From Squalus acanthias (taxonomy: Eukaryota), in NCBI GenBank assembly GCA_030390025.1, contig JASTWF010000034.1:3534001-3598000 (forward strand): a stretch of 64,000 nucleotides of DNA, in the 5' to 3' direction. Made by a program: the position numbers and the translations under genes. Of this stretch, positions 1 to 11,136 are shown piece by piece (within the stretch, counting starts at the first letter, position 1; each line of letters opens with the position of its first letter). A model generated the notes under the pieces. That model was given only the letters and a program-made list of their open reading frames with translations. It was not told where the DNA came from and did not search any database.

Positions 1-600
1 GTTCCACAGTGACTCCAGTCGCAGCTCCAGCTCCGAAACGCGGATTTCGAGTAGCTGCAGCTGGAGACACTTCCTGCACATGTGTTCGCCCTGGACACCG
101 AAAGTGTCCCTGACTTCCAACATAGCACAGGAGGAACATTCCTCGCTGCCGAGCTGCCCTGCCATGTCCTATGCTATAATTTACTCTCTTTACTTCCTCT
201 AAATTAAAGAATATTAAAGACATTAGGGACCCTACTTCACTTTAAACACTACTTACTCTAAACCAGAGACCGTACTTTTACTTTAACGACTGGACTGTAG
301 AAATACTCACCAGGCCCTACTTACCAATCAGCGCCTTCCCTGGTTGTGACGTCCTTTTAGTGGTTTTGCAGTTGTTGTTGTTTGACTGCTTCCGCTCTCG
401 GACTCTTTCTTGTGTGTAAAGTAAGAACCAATTCCTACAGAGTGAAAAGTTAGGAAAAGCAAAGGCGAAGCAAGGGAGCTCTTCTTTTCACTCCTTACCT
501 ACCTAACTCCCTCACTCACCCAACTCACAGCACTCTGTTCAAACCGCTGTTAGTGCAGATCGCACTGCGAAGCCTGTTTTTATAGGCCAAATTTCCCAAA
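1..600 (-). mobile_element. CR1 LINE 5' end: putative 5'UTR plus ORF1 N-terminus, running off the window start
   Basis: Minus strand from the ATG at 165 reads MAGQLGSEECSSCAMLEVRDTFGVQGEHMCRKCLQLQLLEIRVSELELRLESLWN, i.e. the CxxC...CxxC zinc finger and leucine zipper typical of CR1 ORF1p. The UTR extent is approximate. Confidence 0.8.
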
Positions 601-712
601 CGAATCTTGAGCCGCTGCAGTCCGTGTGGTGAAGGTGCTCCCACAATAGACTTATGGAAGGAATTTCATGCGTTTGACCCAGTAACGATGAAGGAACGGC
701 GACAAGTTTGAA

Positions 713-1128
713 GGGTGCGGTAGCATAGTGGTTGTGCTGCTGGACTAGTAAACCAGATTCCTGGACAAATAATCCAGTAGTTTAAATCCCACCAGCTGGA
801 GAATTCCAATTCAATTAATTAAACAAATCTGGAATAGAAAGCTTGTGTCAATAATGGTGACCATGAAAGTACCGGATTGTCATAAAAACCCATCTGCTTC
901 ACTAATGACCTTCAGGGAAGGAAATCTGCCGCCCTTACCTGGGCTGGCTGAAATGTGACTCCAGTAACACTGCAATATGATTGACACTTAACTGGTCTCT
1001 GAAATGGCCCAGCAAGACACTTGCTTGTTTCAGGCGAATCACCACCACCTTCTCAAAGGCAATTAGGGATGGGCAATAAATGGTGGCTTTGCCAGCGACA
1101 CCCACATCACAAGAATGAATTGTAAAAA
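713..1128 (+). mobile_element. tRNA-derived SINE with a LINE-derived 3' tail, adjoining a LINE 3' fragment (605-712)
   Basis: A-box-like TAGCATAGTGG and B-box-like GTTTAAATCCC at the head. The tail CACCACCACCTTCTCAAAGGCAATTAGGGATGGGCAATAAA...GAATGAAT matches the 3' end of the LINE at 30857-31597. A second copy lies at 14798-15209. Confidence 0.75.
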
Positions 1129-1379
1129 TGATTTATTAAGTGTCATAATGATTTAAAAAGGGTTATAAAAGATCTGTAAAGTGCTGTAATGATTTTAAAG
1201 CATTATAAAGGGTTATAATAATTAATAAAGTCCTGGTGCCGGGCCTCCTCCTCCCTGGGCTGGGCTGCTCGGGCTCCTGTGGGCCGGGCTGCCCCGCCTC
1301 GCCACACGGTCTCACAGTAACCGGGCCTCTAGCTGCCGTCCTCCGGAAACTCGACTCCCGCCGGCAGGGAAATGCCCCG

Positions 1380-2860
1380 AGTGACAGCCGCCATTTTTAT
1401 GTGGATACCCAGAGCCGCCATCATTGTGCGGCGCTCCAGCACCGCCATCGTTGTGCGGATACCCAGAGCCGCCATCTTCGTGTGGGGCCCCAGAGCCACC
1501 ATCTTTGTGTGGGGCTCCAGAGCCACCCTCTTTGTGCGGGGCCCATAGAGCCGCGATCGTTGTGCGGGCCGCGGGTTCCACAATTTTTGTGCAGGCCCCA
1601 GAGCCGCCATCTTTGTGCTGGGCGAGGGCGCTGCCATCTTTGGGTGGGGCCCTAGGGCCGCGATCTTTGTGCATAGTCCCAGAGCCGCCATCTTTGTGTT
1701 GGGCGTTGGGGGGTGCCAGAGTCGCCATTATTGTGCGGGGCCCCAGCACTGCCATCTTTGTGCGGATTCCCAGCACCAAACATTATTGTGCGGGGCCCCC
1801 AGAGCCGCGATCGTTGTGCGATGCCACAGAGCCGCCATCATTGTACGGGGCGCTGGAGCCGCCATCTTTGTGTTTTGCCCCAGTGCGGCCATCTTTGTGC
1901 TGGGCCTTAGTGGGGGCCGGAGTCGCCATCGTTTTGCTGGTCCCCAGAGCCGCCATCTTTGTGCATGTCTCAGAGCCGCCATCTTTGCGCTGGGCGAAGG
2001 CGCTGCCATCTTTGGATGGGGCCCCAGAGCCGACAACATTTGTCCAGGGTACCCTGGGCGGCGATCTTTGAGCTGCCAACATTGTGCGGGGCACCAGAGC
2101 TGGCATCTTTGTGCGGGGCGCCGGAGCCGCCATTTTTGGGCGGTGCCCCAGTGCCGCCCTCCTTGCGCTGGGCGTTGGGGCGGGCCAGAGTCGCCATTGC
2201 TGTGCGGGCTGCGGGTTCCTCCATCTTTGTGTGGGTCTCCAGATCCGACTTATTTGTGCGGGTCCCTAGAGCCGCCATCTTTGTGCAGGCCCCAGTGCCG
2301 CCAATTTGTGCTGGGCGAAGGTGCTGCCATCTTTGCGCGGGGCGCAGGATCCGCCATCTTTGTGCTGGCCCAAGAGCCGCCAGCTTTTTGCTGGGAGCGG
2401 GTGTAGCCCTATTTGTGCTGTGTCCCAGAGCCGCCATTTTTGTGCGGTGCGCCAGAGACGCCAGGTTTCTGCAGTGCCCCAGAGCAGCCATCTTTGTGCG
2501 GGGCGCGTGTGCCGCCATCATTAAGCAGGGCACCAGAGCCGCCATCATTGTACGGGTCCCCGGAGCCGCCATTTTTGTGATCCGACACGGTGCCGACATC
2601 TTTGTGCTGGGCCCCGGAGCCACCATATTTGTGCTGGGCGACCTGAGCCGTCATCTTTGTACGGGGCGCCCGGAGCCGTCATCTTTGTGCTGATCCCGGG
2701 TGCCGCTATATTTGTGCGGGGCGCGGGAGCCGCCATCTTTGTACGGGATCCGGAGCCACCATATTTTTGCTGCGTCCCGGAACCGCCATCTATGTGCGGG
2801 GCCCCGGAGCCACCATCTTTGTGCGGGGCCCCAGAGACGTCATCTTTCCGCGAGCCAGCA
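1380..2860. repeat. GC/CpG-rich minisatellite, ~27-bp unit GAGCCGCCATCTTTGTGCGGGGCCCCA (about 50-55 degenerate copies)
   Basis: GCCGCCATCTTTGTG recurs every ~26-29 bp. All six frames give repetitive pseudo-peptides (EPPSLCGAP / HKDGGSGAP / TKMAAL). Confidence 0.93.
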
Positions 2861-2915
2861 GAATATGAGGCCCAGTGAACTCTCAACTCTCAGGCTGCAA
2901 AGTCACCGCTTTTTC

Positions 2916-3817
2916 TCATCCTTTAATGCATTTTACAATCAGAGTAAAGGGATATTTCCCCACATTCTTCAACTGCTGTCTGAACTTAGTCTGTGTCACG
3001 GCGTAAATCCCAGTGTTTGTGCAGCAACTCAGCAGCTGCAGCATGAATCCCAGTTCCATTACATAATACGGTAGAAATACAGACTTATCCCCCTAATAAT
3101 CCATCCGGCTCCATATAGAATACACCATAAACACTGCCCATAACAGGATGAAATTGCCGGAGATAACAAGCAGTAAAATGATGGATTTCCTGCTGCTCTC
3201 CATCTCTGGGTCTCTGGAACTCTCCCCACTGCCGGAACCCCGGAGTCTCCTGCGGGCTCTGCTGGCCACTAAAATGTGTCTGACGGTGACAGCATTGAGC
3301 AGCAGAATCACCACAAATGGGGCACACGGTTTGTGAATATAATGAAGGAGCTCGATAGGTCCCCAGACCCTTGACAAGCGAACATCCATTGTGGCATCAC
3401 AACACCAGGGGTCGTTCCAAAGCCTATACTGACCTGTGTACATAAAATACCAGGTGATGTTCTTTAAACCGCTCAGCACAGTCACTGTACCCAGAACCAT
3501 AGTCGCCGTTTTTTAGGTGCAATATCTAGTATTCAGCATCTGGCAAGAAATGGCCATAAATCGATCAAAGGTGAAAGTGACGGTGAACCAGACAGAGCAG
3601 TCTGTGGCTGAGAACAGCAGGACGGCGTGGATATTACACACACGGATGGAATACACGAAATAAAACTGTTCCCTATAAACCATCGGAATGTGCCTCAATA
3701 TCAGGTCGAGGATAACGACCAGTAGATCCGCCGCTGCCATGGCCACCAGGTAGCGAGTGACACATTTGGAGAGTCCGCACTTTCCCCGAGACAGGATCAC
3801 TATCGTCACTAAGTTCA
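2916..3817 (-). pseudogene. GPR139-like class A GPCR, exon 2 (end of TM1 through TM7 and C-terminus), disrupted by two in-frame stops
   Basis: Acceptor TTTCCTTTCCTCACAG ends at 3818. A single frame reads NLVTIVILSRGKCGLSKCVTRYLVAMAAADLLVV...TDCSVWFTVTFTFDRFMAISC...YCT*KTA...KSIILLLVISGNFILLW...MDY*GDKS...MLQLLSCCTNTGIYAVTQTKFRQQLK...KG*. It has the DRF variant of DRY. Internal stops are TAA at 3513-3515 and TAG at 3093-3095; the terminal TGA is at 2916-2918. Confidence 0.88.
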
Positions 3818-5129
3818 CTGTGAGGAAAGGAAATAAACAGGGAAATTATTCATCAGGCTGGGAGCAAAAGCAGCAGTTTGATGGAATTCGGGATGAAATC
3901 TGCAACTCACGAGCGACATTCAACGATATAATCTAATCCTATTACCTGTGAACAGGGTTTATTGTAAGAAGAATCGGGAGTACATTGTGGAATCAATAAA
4001 TGAAATGGGAATAAATATAACATGACAGTTACAGATGTTTGATCAATGAAAGATTAAATGATCGATCTATCTTTAGCCCAGCAGAAAAAAGCATAGCCCG
4101 AGATGCCAGGGACACAAAGGAGCAGAACCTCTCAGGAAGCCTTCGTGTCCCGGGATCAGTCAGCATTTGGAGTGTTGCAATTCGCTTCCATGCCCCTGTG
4201 TAACGTGGGAGGGGGGGGGGGGGGGCGAATCCCACATCGATTCCTGCTTCTGGTTAGAATATCCATTATATTTAGAACTGGTAATTAATGGAACAGCAAA
4301 ATACAGAAACTTCAACCTTGGCATTCAATAATTACAGGCAATTGTATGTGAAATGTACAATGCTAAGATAATAAATACAATGGCACTGCAGTTATAATGA
4401 TAACTGAGCTGTCAGATGTGTTTTGAAGATTGGATTTTCCACATTTTTTTTGAAACACTCAAATCGTAGCTCGTCGACAGTAAGATTTTCCAAATAACAA
4501 TACAATTAACATCAATAAGAATGGACACTGAATTAAAATAAATAGTTATCATTGACCAGGCAATGTCCCACTAAATGCATTTATCAGCATCGAAATCAGA
4601 CGACTTATCCCACAGGCAACGTGCCACCAAATGCTTTTGTAAAGTATCTGAACACAAATGGAAGAGATTTATCCTTGTACTTTTTCAACTGTTGCTTTCC
4701 AACTTGTGCAGAAAATATTAGACAAAATTATATCAAAGGATTTTCTTATCCTCGGTACTTCAGTTAGAATCAGCTGGGATTGTTTATCCTGAAGTACAAC
4801 AGGAGGCAATAGAGAATCACTCTGGGTCTCACTGACAGATCCACTGAACTGTGACAGACGGGCATGGGATCCAATTGTAATATTCAAAACAATGATTGGA
4901 AATAAATGTATTGAAATCTGGCTGAATGAAGATTTTTTGAGAATGTAAATTATCCTTGTATTCTACTTAACCAGCAGAAGCAGTGCCACTAATGCAGAAC
5001 TGGAGAGGGTGGGAAAGGAGACACTGACTGGAACTGAATGATTAGCGGATATTTCAGGCATTTAAAGATGTGGATGTGATCTGCCAGGATTTGTTCCTCG
5101 ACTCTGTAAGTAACCATACCGAGCATTAC

Positions 5130-5280
5130 GTGAAAACAAACGCAAAAAACTGCGGATACAGGAAATCTGAAATGAGAACAGAAAAATGATGGAAATAGCC
5201 GCGGGTCAGGCAGCATCTGTGGATAGAGAGAGAGAGAAACAAAGGTAACGTTTTAGGTCGATGACCTTGCGCCATCAGGT
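5130..5280 (-). mobile_element. Penelope-like element terminal-repeat remnant
   Basis: Minus strand reads CCTGATGG..AAGGTCATCGACCTAAAACGTTACC...CCACAGATGCTGCCTGACC...CCATCATTTTTCTG, resembling fish PLE termini with a degenerate CTGATGA...GAAAC core. A related piece lies at 39910-39990 (+). Confidence 0.5.
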
Positions 5281-5504
5281 GAAAAGTCTCCTAAACCAAG
5301 ACAGCATTCATCTGATCTGATACAAATGTTCAGTGTAGGTAGCAGACTGAAATTCGTTAAATAAAGAGTCACCTCAATAAATTTGCTGGAGTTGAATATA
5401 GAACATTTGAATCTTGGTAACACAATATCACGATCAGAATCAATAGCTGACAGCAGCGCGGATGGGATGGGGAACAACAAAGAGAGAAACACAGTTAAAC
5501 ATGT

Positions 5505-8500
5505 GGGGAAAATGTCGGTTGGTTAGCGCCTCCCCTTAGCGCCTTCGGGGGGCGCCCGAACGCGGCTATTTTACCGCCACTCACGAAATACACCAGTCAT
5601 TTTGCAGCAGCGCTAAAGACTACCGACACCATCTCCTGCGCCCGCAGATCGTGACATCGTGCGAGCGTGCAACTCCCTGGTAACGCCCATGACCGGATAT
5701 TGAGTTGATTACCCTGCCTTTCCGCCGGCCGATAGTAATGACAAGTAGAGGGGAATGTTTTCAAGTTGGGAAGAGGCTGTGGGAGCGCGATTTAAAGGCA
5801 GCCGCATCCTGCTTTTTCTTGTCAGCAAAATGCTTGGTACACGTAGGTTGAGAGGGAGAGAGACGTCTGGAGAGATTTGATGCTGACCGAAGGAGTTTTG
5901 GGTTCTGAGCACCACTTTGGAGTTTCCTTTTTGTTTGACCTTCCTTCTAACGATATTTAGAAGCTTCGATGGGGGTTGCACTAACTCGGGGCATCTTCGT
6001 CTTCCAGCTTCGCCTTCAGAGGCAGCAGAGGCGCAGAGAGTGTGGCGGTGGATTCAGAATCTTTGAATATGGTTAGATAGATTCTTGGTAATCAAGGGGT
6101 GAAAAGTTATCGGGGGTAGGCGAGAATGTGGAGTAATCAGATCAGCCATGATCTTATTGAATGGTGGAGCAGGCTCGAAGGGACGAGTAGCCTACTCCTG
6201 CTTCTAAATCGTATGTTGGTAAATGTGGCCAGAAGGAGGAGGGCCATCAGGACTCGACACATGAGACCTTACCTTCCCAGGATGTTCAGCGAACAATTCT
6301 CCTCCTATATCCATTTGTCTGAGGAGCAGTGTTTCCAATGGCTGTGCTTCAGCAAGGAGGTGGTCACTGAGCTCTGCCACCTCCTGCAACCAGATCTGCT
6401 GCCTCAGCTCAGGACCAGGACGTCTCTGTCGGTGGCAGTGAAGGTGACATTGGCTCTGAATTTCTAAGTCAGCATTTCCTTTCAGGCTTCTACTGGGGAC
6501 ATAGCGAATATCTCCCAGTTCGCTGTTCATTGTTGCATCCGAGAGGTGTCAAAGGCTTTGTATAAGAGGAAACGCCCGTACATCTCTACCCATGACCCAG
6601 TACAAACAGCGCGAATGCGCATGTGGGTTTGCGAGGATAGTGGTCTTCCCCATGGTTCAGGGCCACATTGAGTGCACGCATGTGGCATTGTGGGTCCCTC
6701 TAGAGAATGCAGCGGTGTTCCGAACTCACAAGGCCTTCCACTCTCTGAATATACAGTTGGTGTGCGACCACAGACAGCTCATACTCGCCGTCAATGCCCG
6801 CTATCCTGGCAGTAGCCATGATACTTTTATCCTGCGCCAGACCGGTGTCACAGACCTCATCCGTCCACCGTATCAACCTAGTGGATGGCTCTTCGGGGAC
6901 AAGGGTTATCCACACTGCATTGGCTGATGACACCGGTCCGTAACGCCAACACCCCTGTCGTGCTGCAATACAATGAGAGCCAGAGCGCCAGCAGGAACAT
7001 CATTGAGCAGACGTTCGGCGTCTTGAAACAACGGCTCCGGTGTCTGGACCACTCAGGGGGAGCCCTGCAGTACTCTTCCGAGCGAGTCTCCCTCGTCATT
7101 GTTGTGTGCTGCATGCTTCATAGCACTGCAATCATGAGTCATAGATTCATAGATAGAGTTATACAGCACAGAAAGTGGCCCTTCAGCCCATCGTGTCCGC
7201 GCCGGCCATCAAGCCCTATCTTTTCTAATCCCATTTTCCAGCACTTGGTCCGTAGCCTTGTATGCTATGGCGTTTCAAGTGCTCATCTCAATGCTTCTTG
7301 AATGTTGTGAGGGTTCCTGCCTCTACCACTATTTCAGGCAATGAGTTCCAGATTCCAACAAACATCTGGGTGAAAAAGATTTTCCTCAAATCCCCTCTAA
7401 ACCTCCTGCCCCTTACCTTGAAATTATGCCCCCTGGTTATTGACCCCTCTACTAAGTGGAAAAGTTCCTTTTTATCTACCCTATCTATGCCCCTCAAAAT
7501 TTTGTACACCTCAATCAGGTCCCCTCTCAGCCTTCTCTGCTCTAACGAAAACAACCCCAGCCTGTCCAGTCTCTCTTCATAGCTGAAGCGCTCCAGCCCA
7601 GGTAACATCCTGCTGAATCTCCTCTGCACCCTCTCCAATGCAATCACATCCTTCCTATAGTGCGGCGACCAGAACTGCACGCAGTATTCCAGCTGTGGCC
7701 TAACTAGCGTTCTGTACAGCTCCATCATAACCTCCCTGCTCTTATATTCTATGCCTCGGCTAATGAAGGCAAGTATCCCATATACATTTTTAACCACCTT
7801 ATCTACCTGTCCTGCTGCCTTCAGGGATCTATGTACATGCACAACAAGGGCCCTCTGATCGTCTGTCCTTCCTAGGGTCCTATCATTCATTGTGTATTCC
7901 CTTGCCTTGTTAGTCCTCACAAAATGCATCACCTCACACTTTACAGGGTTAAATTAAATTTGCCACTGTTCTTCCCATCTGACCAACCCGTCTATATCGT
8001 CCTGCAGCTGAGGCTTCTTTCCTCGCTATTTACCACCCCACCAATTTTCGTGTTATCTGCGAACTTACTGACCATACCTCCTACATTCATATCTAAGTCA
8101 TTAATGTACACTACAAACAGCAAAGGACCCTGCAGCGATCCCTGCAGTACACCACTGGACACAGGCTTCCAGTCAGAAAAACAACCTACGACCATCACAC
8201 TCTACCTCCTGCCACTAAACCAATTTTGTATCCAATGTGCCAAATTGCCCTGGATCCCATGGGCACTTAGCTTCTTGACCAGTCTCCCATTTGGAACTTT
8301 GTCAAAAGCCTTACTGAAGTCCATGTAGACTACATCAACTGCACTACCCTCATCCACGCACCTAGTCACATCCTCGAAAAATTCATTCAAATTGGTTAGA
8401 CATGATCGCCCCCTGACAAAGTCATGCTGACTATCCTGGATTAATCCTTGCCTCTCCAAGTGGAGACTAATTCTTTCCCTCAGAATTTTTTCCAATAATT

Positions 8501-9935
8501 TCCCTACCACTGATGTTAGGCTCACTGGCCTGTAATTCCCTGGGTTATCCTTACTACTCTTCTTGAATAATGGTACTACGTTAGCTGTTCTCCAATCCTC
8601 TGGCACCTCCCCTGTGGCCAGGGAGGTTCTCAAAATTTATGTCAGAGCCCCTGCAATCTCCTCCCTTGACTTTCACAGCAGCCTGTGATACATCTCTTCA
8701 GGGCCTGGGGATTTATCCACTTTTAAGCCCGCTAAAACCGCTGGTACATCCACCCGCTCAATGCTAATTTGTTCAAGTATTTCTATGCGTACATCGACCT
8801 TCTCTATCTTGAACACAGATGCAAAATATTCATTTAAGAACTCACCTACATTTTCCGCTTCTACACACAGATTGCCACTTTGGTCCCTAATGGGCCCTAC
8901 TCTTTCCCTGGTTATCCTCTTGGCCTTAATATACTTATAAAACACCTTGGGATTTTCTTTTATTTTGCCAATCAGTGTTTTTTCATGCCCCCTCTTCGCT
9001 CTCCTAATTTATTTTTTAAGTACCTCCCTGAACTTTCTATACTACTGTCGGGCTTCCTCTGTTTTTAGTTGTTTGTATCTGCCAAAAGCCTCCCTTTTTT
9101 CCTAATCCATTCTTGTATATCCCTTGACATCCAGGGTTCCCTGGGGATGTTGGTCCCACCCTTGACCTTTACGGGAACATATTGGCGTTGTTCTCTCTCC
9201 ATTTCCTTTCTGAAAGACTCCCACTCCTCTGATGTGGATTTACAGAGATTACAGCCTTTCAGGTCCTGCTTTTTAATCTGTTAACTAGCTCCATAAATTT
9301 TTGTTGCATGACCTCATCCCTCTTTCTACCCATGTCTTTGGTACCAACGGCAACCACGACCACTGACTGTTCGCCCTCCCCCTTCAGAATGCCCTGCAGC
9401 CGTTCGGTGACATCCTTGACCCCGGCACCAGGGAGGCAACAGGCTATCCTGGAGTCACGCCTGCGGCCACAGAAACGTCTATCTGTTTCCATTACGATGG
9501 AATCCCCTATCACTATTGCTCTCCCACTTTTTTCCTCCCCTCCTGTGCAGCTGAGCCACTCGTAGTGCCACGAACTTGGCTCTTGCTGCATTCCCCTGAG
9601 AAACCATCTCCCCCATCAGTATCCAAAACGGAAAATCTGTCGGCGAGGAAGATGGACCCACGGGACTCCTGCACTACCTTCCTAGTTCTTTTACTCTGTC
9701 TGGCGGTCACCCATTTCCTGAGGACCCAGTCATTACCACCAGGGATTGGTGCACCACCTCAGGGGGAGGAGAAAGAGGGGCGAGCAGGAGGAGGAGGAAG
9801 AAGAGGAGGATCAGCAGCACCAACGTGGGAGGGAGGCGCACAATATTGGCATTGCAAGTGCCGTCCGTGAATCGCTCATAAGACACCGAGTCTAACCCCT
9901 TACTGAGAAGAAGGCTTCTGGGATGATCATCAGGA
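5505..9935 (+). mobile_element. PIF/Harbinger DNA transposon with a HARBI1-like DDE transposase pseudogene, split by CR1 insertions (6042-6225 and 7138-9718)
   Basis: Translation shows LSEEQC...FSKEVVTELCHLL...LSVAVKVTLALNF*...GHIECTHV (GAIDCTH-like)...HSLNIQLVCD...YPGSSHD...GDKGYP...RNIIEQTFGVLKQRLRCLD...CCMLH. There is a stop at 6465-6467 and a frameshift near 6915. A purine-rich, probably acidic C-terminal segment resumes at ~9719. Outer limits are approximate. Confidence 0.85.
7138..9718 (-). mobile_element. CR1 LINE with ORF1 esterase region fused to ORF2 RT/3'UTR (internal deletion of the endonuclease)
   Basis: ORF1 SGNH-type segment AIVIGDSIV...CCLPGAGVKDV...VGTKD (9259-9591). ORF2 motifs include WRTANVVPLFKK, YMDFSKAFDKVP, KFADNTK and [16 protein letters not shown] simple-repeat tail lies at ~7138-7160. 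Confidence 0.92.
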
Positions 9936-10379
9936 TAAATAAAACAACAATAAATAAATGGTCCTGAACGGCAGGATATGAGAGCTGATCCCAGTGATGG
10001 AACGATGGGACTCGCCTACATGACATTGCTCTCGCCTCAATCCAGGAATTTCATTCCCAGGGCTGCCTAGATTACACTGCTCCCGCCTCAGTCCAGGAAT
10101 GTCATTCCCAGTTCATTTCTCTATTGCCTGAAACTAGAACAAGATCAAGGACATCATGTTTCTAAAGATGACCTTACCCAGACAAAGATGTCATGGTGTT
10201 TGACCGAGAGGAATAATAATTAAAAGGAGCAAAGGATTAGTACCAAGGAATCAAAGGAAAACGCTTAAAATATTAACTGACGAGATAAATACCCTGTAAA
10301 CACCTCAATACTCCATAAACACGCTGGAAACATTGAATTCTCGGATATTCGTACTCACAGAATCATAACTATCACCCAA

Positions 10380-11115
10380 CATTCCCGAATCCTCCATCAC
10401 CATCCCAGGGTCTGCACAGACCCACCAGAGGTGGGGGCAGAGTCTGGAGGGAGAAACCCTGCGAGTCATAATATTGCCGAAGGACATAATGAAGTCTTAC
10501 GGCTTCCAGTCAGACATGGGCAAGGTAACTTCCTGCTGATTACCACCTACCACCCTCCCTCAGCTGTTGAATCGGCACATCTTGTTAGCCTAGATTTTTA
10601 TGCTCAAGTCGCTGGAGTGGGACTTGAACCCACAACCTGCTGACGCAGAGCCAAGAGAGCTATGACCTGAGCCTCCGGAATCTGCTTCCACTAGAATTTC
10701 AGAGTTCATTCCAAATCATAAAAACTCACTGTGTGACCAAATTTCTTCTCATCTGCCCCCTGTTTATTTTACCAATTATCTTATATCTGTGCCCTTTTGG
10801 TAATGATAAGGCAAGGAGTGGAAACAGTTTCTCCTTTCCTTTTGTATCAAAATCCCTCATCATTTTGAACACTTCTATTCAATCTCCCCTAATCTCTGCT
10901 ATAACTGAAATCCCTCATCCCTGGAGTAATTTGGTAAATTCTGTACACACAAGTGGCAGACGATGACCACCTCCAACAAGAGGGAGTCTAACCTCTTCAA
11001 CTTGACAGTCAAAGGCATTTCCATCACCGAAACCTCCACCACAAAATCCTAAGGATCGCCATTGATCAGAAACTCAACTGGTCAGCCACATAAATGCCTT
11101 GGCTACTACAGCAGG
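10380..11115. mobile_element. Patchwork of short LINE fragments plus a DeuSINE head (10585-10675, minus)
   Basis: An endonuclease-like peptide GQGNFLLITTYHPPSA is present. The tRNA-like head GGTTCAAGTCCCACTCCAG matches the SINE at 21235-21715. 10950-11115 matches the LINE at 23580-23780. Confidence 0.6.
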
Positions 11116-11136
11116 TCAATTTGCTTGCAGCGTTTT

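Noticed and set aside
1236..2886. Overlapping ORFs in all six frames
   Set aside because: These are artefacts of a GC-rich minisatellite.
6126..7301. Domesticated host HARBI1 gene
   Set aside because: A stop codon, a frameshift, a D-to-E change at the first catalytic position and CR1 insertions indicate a dead transposon copy.
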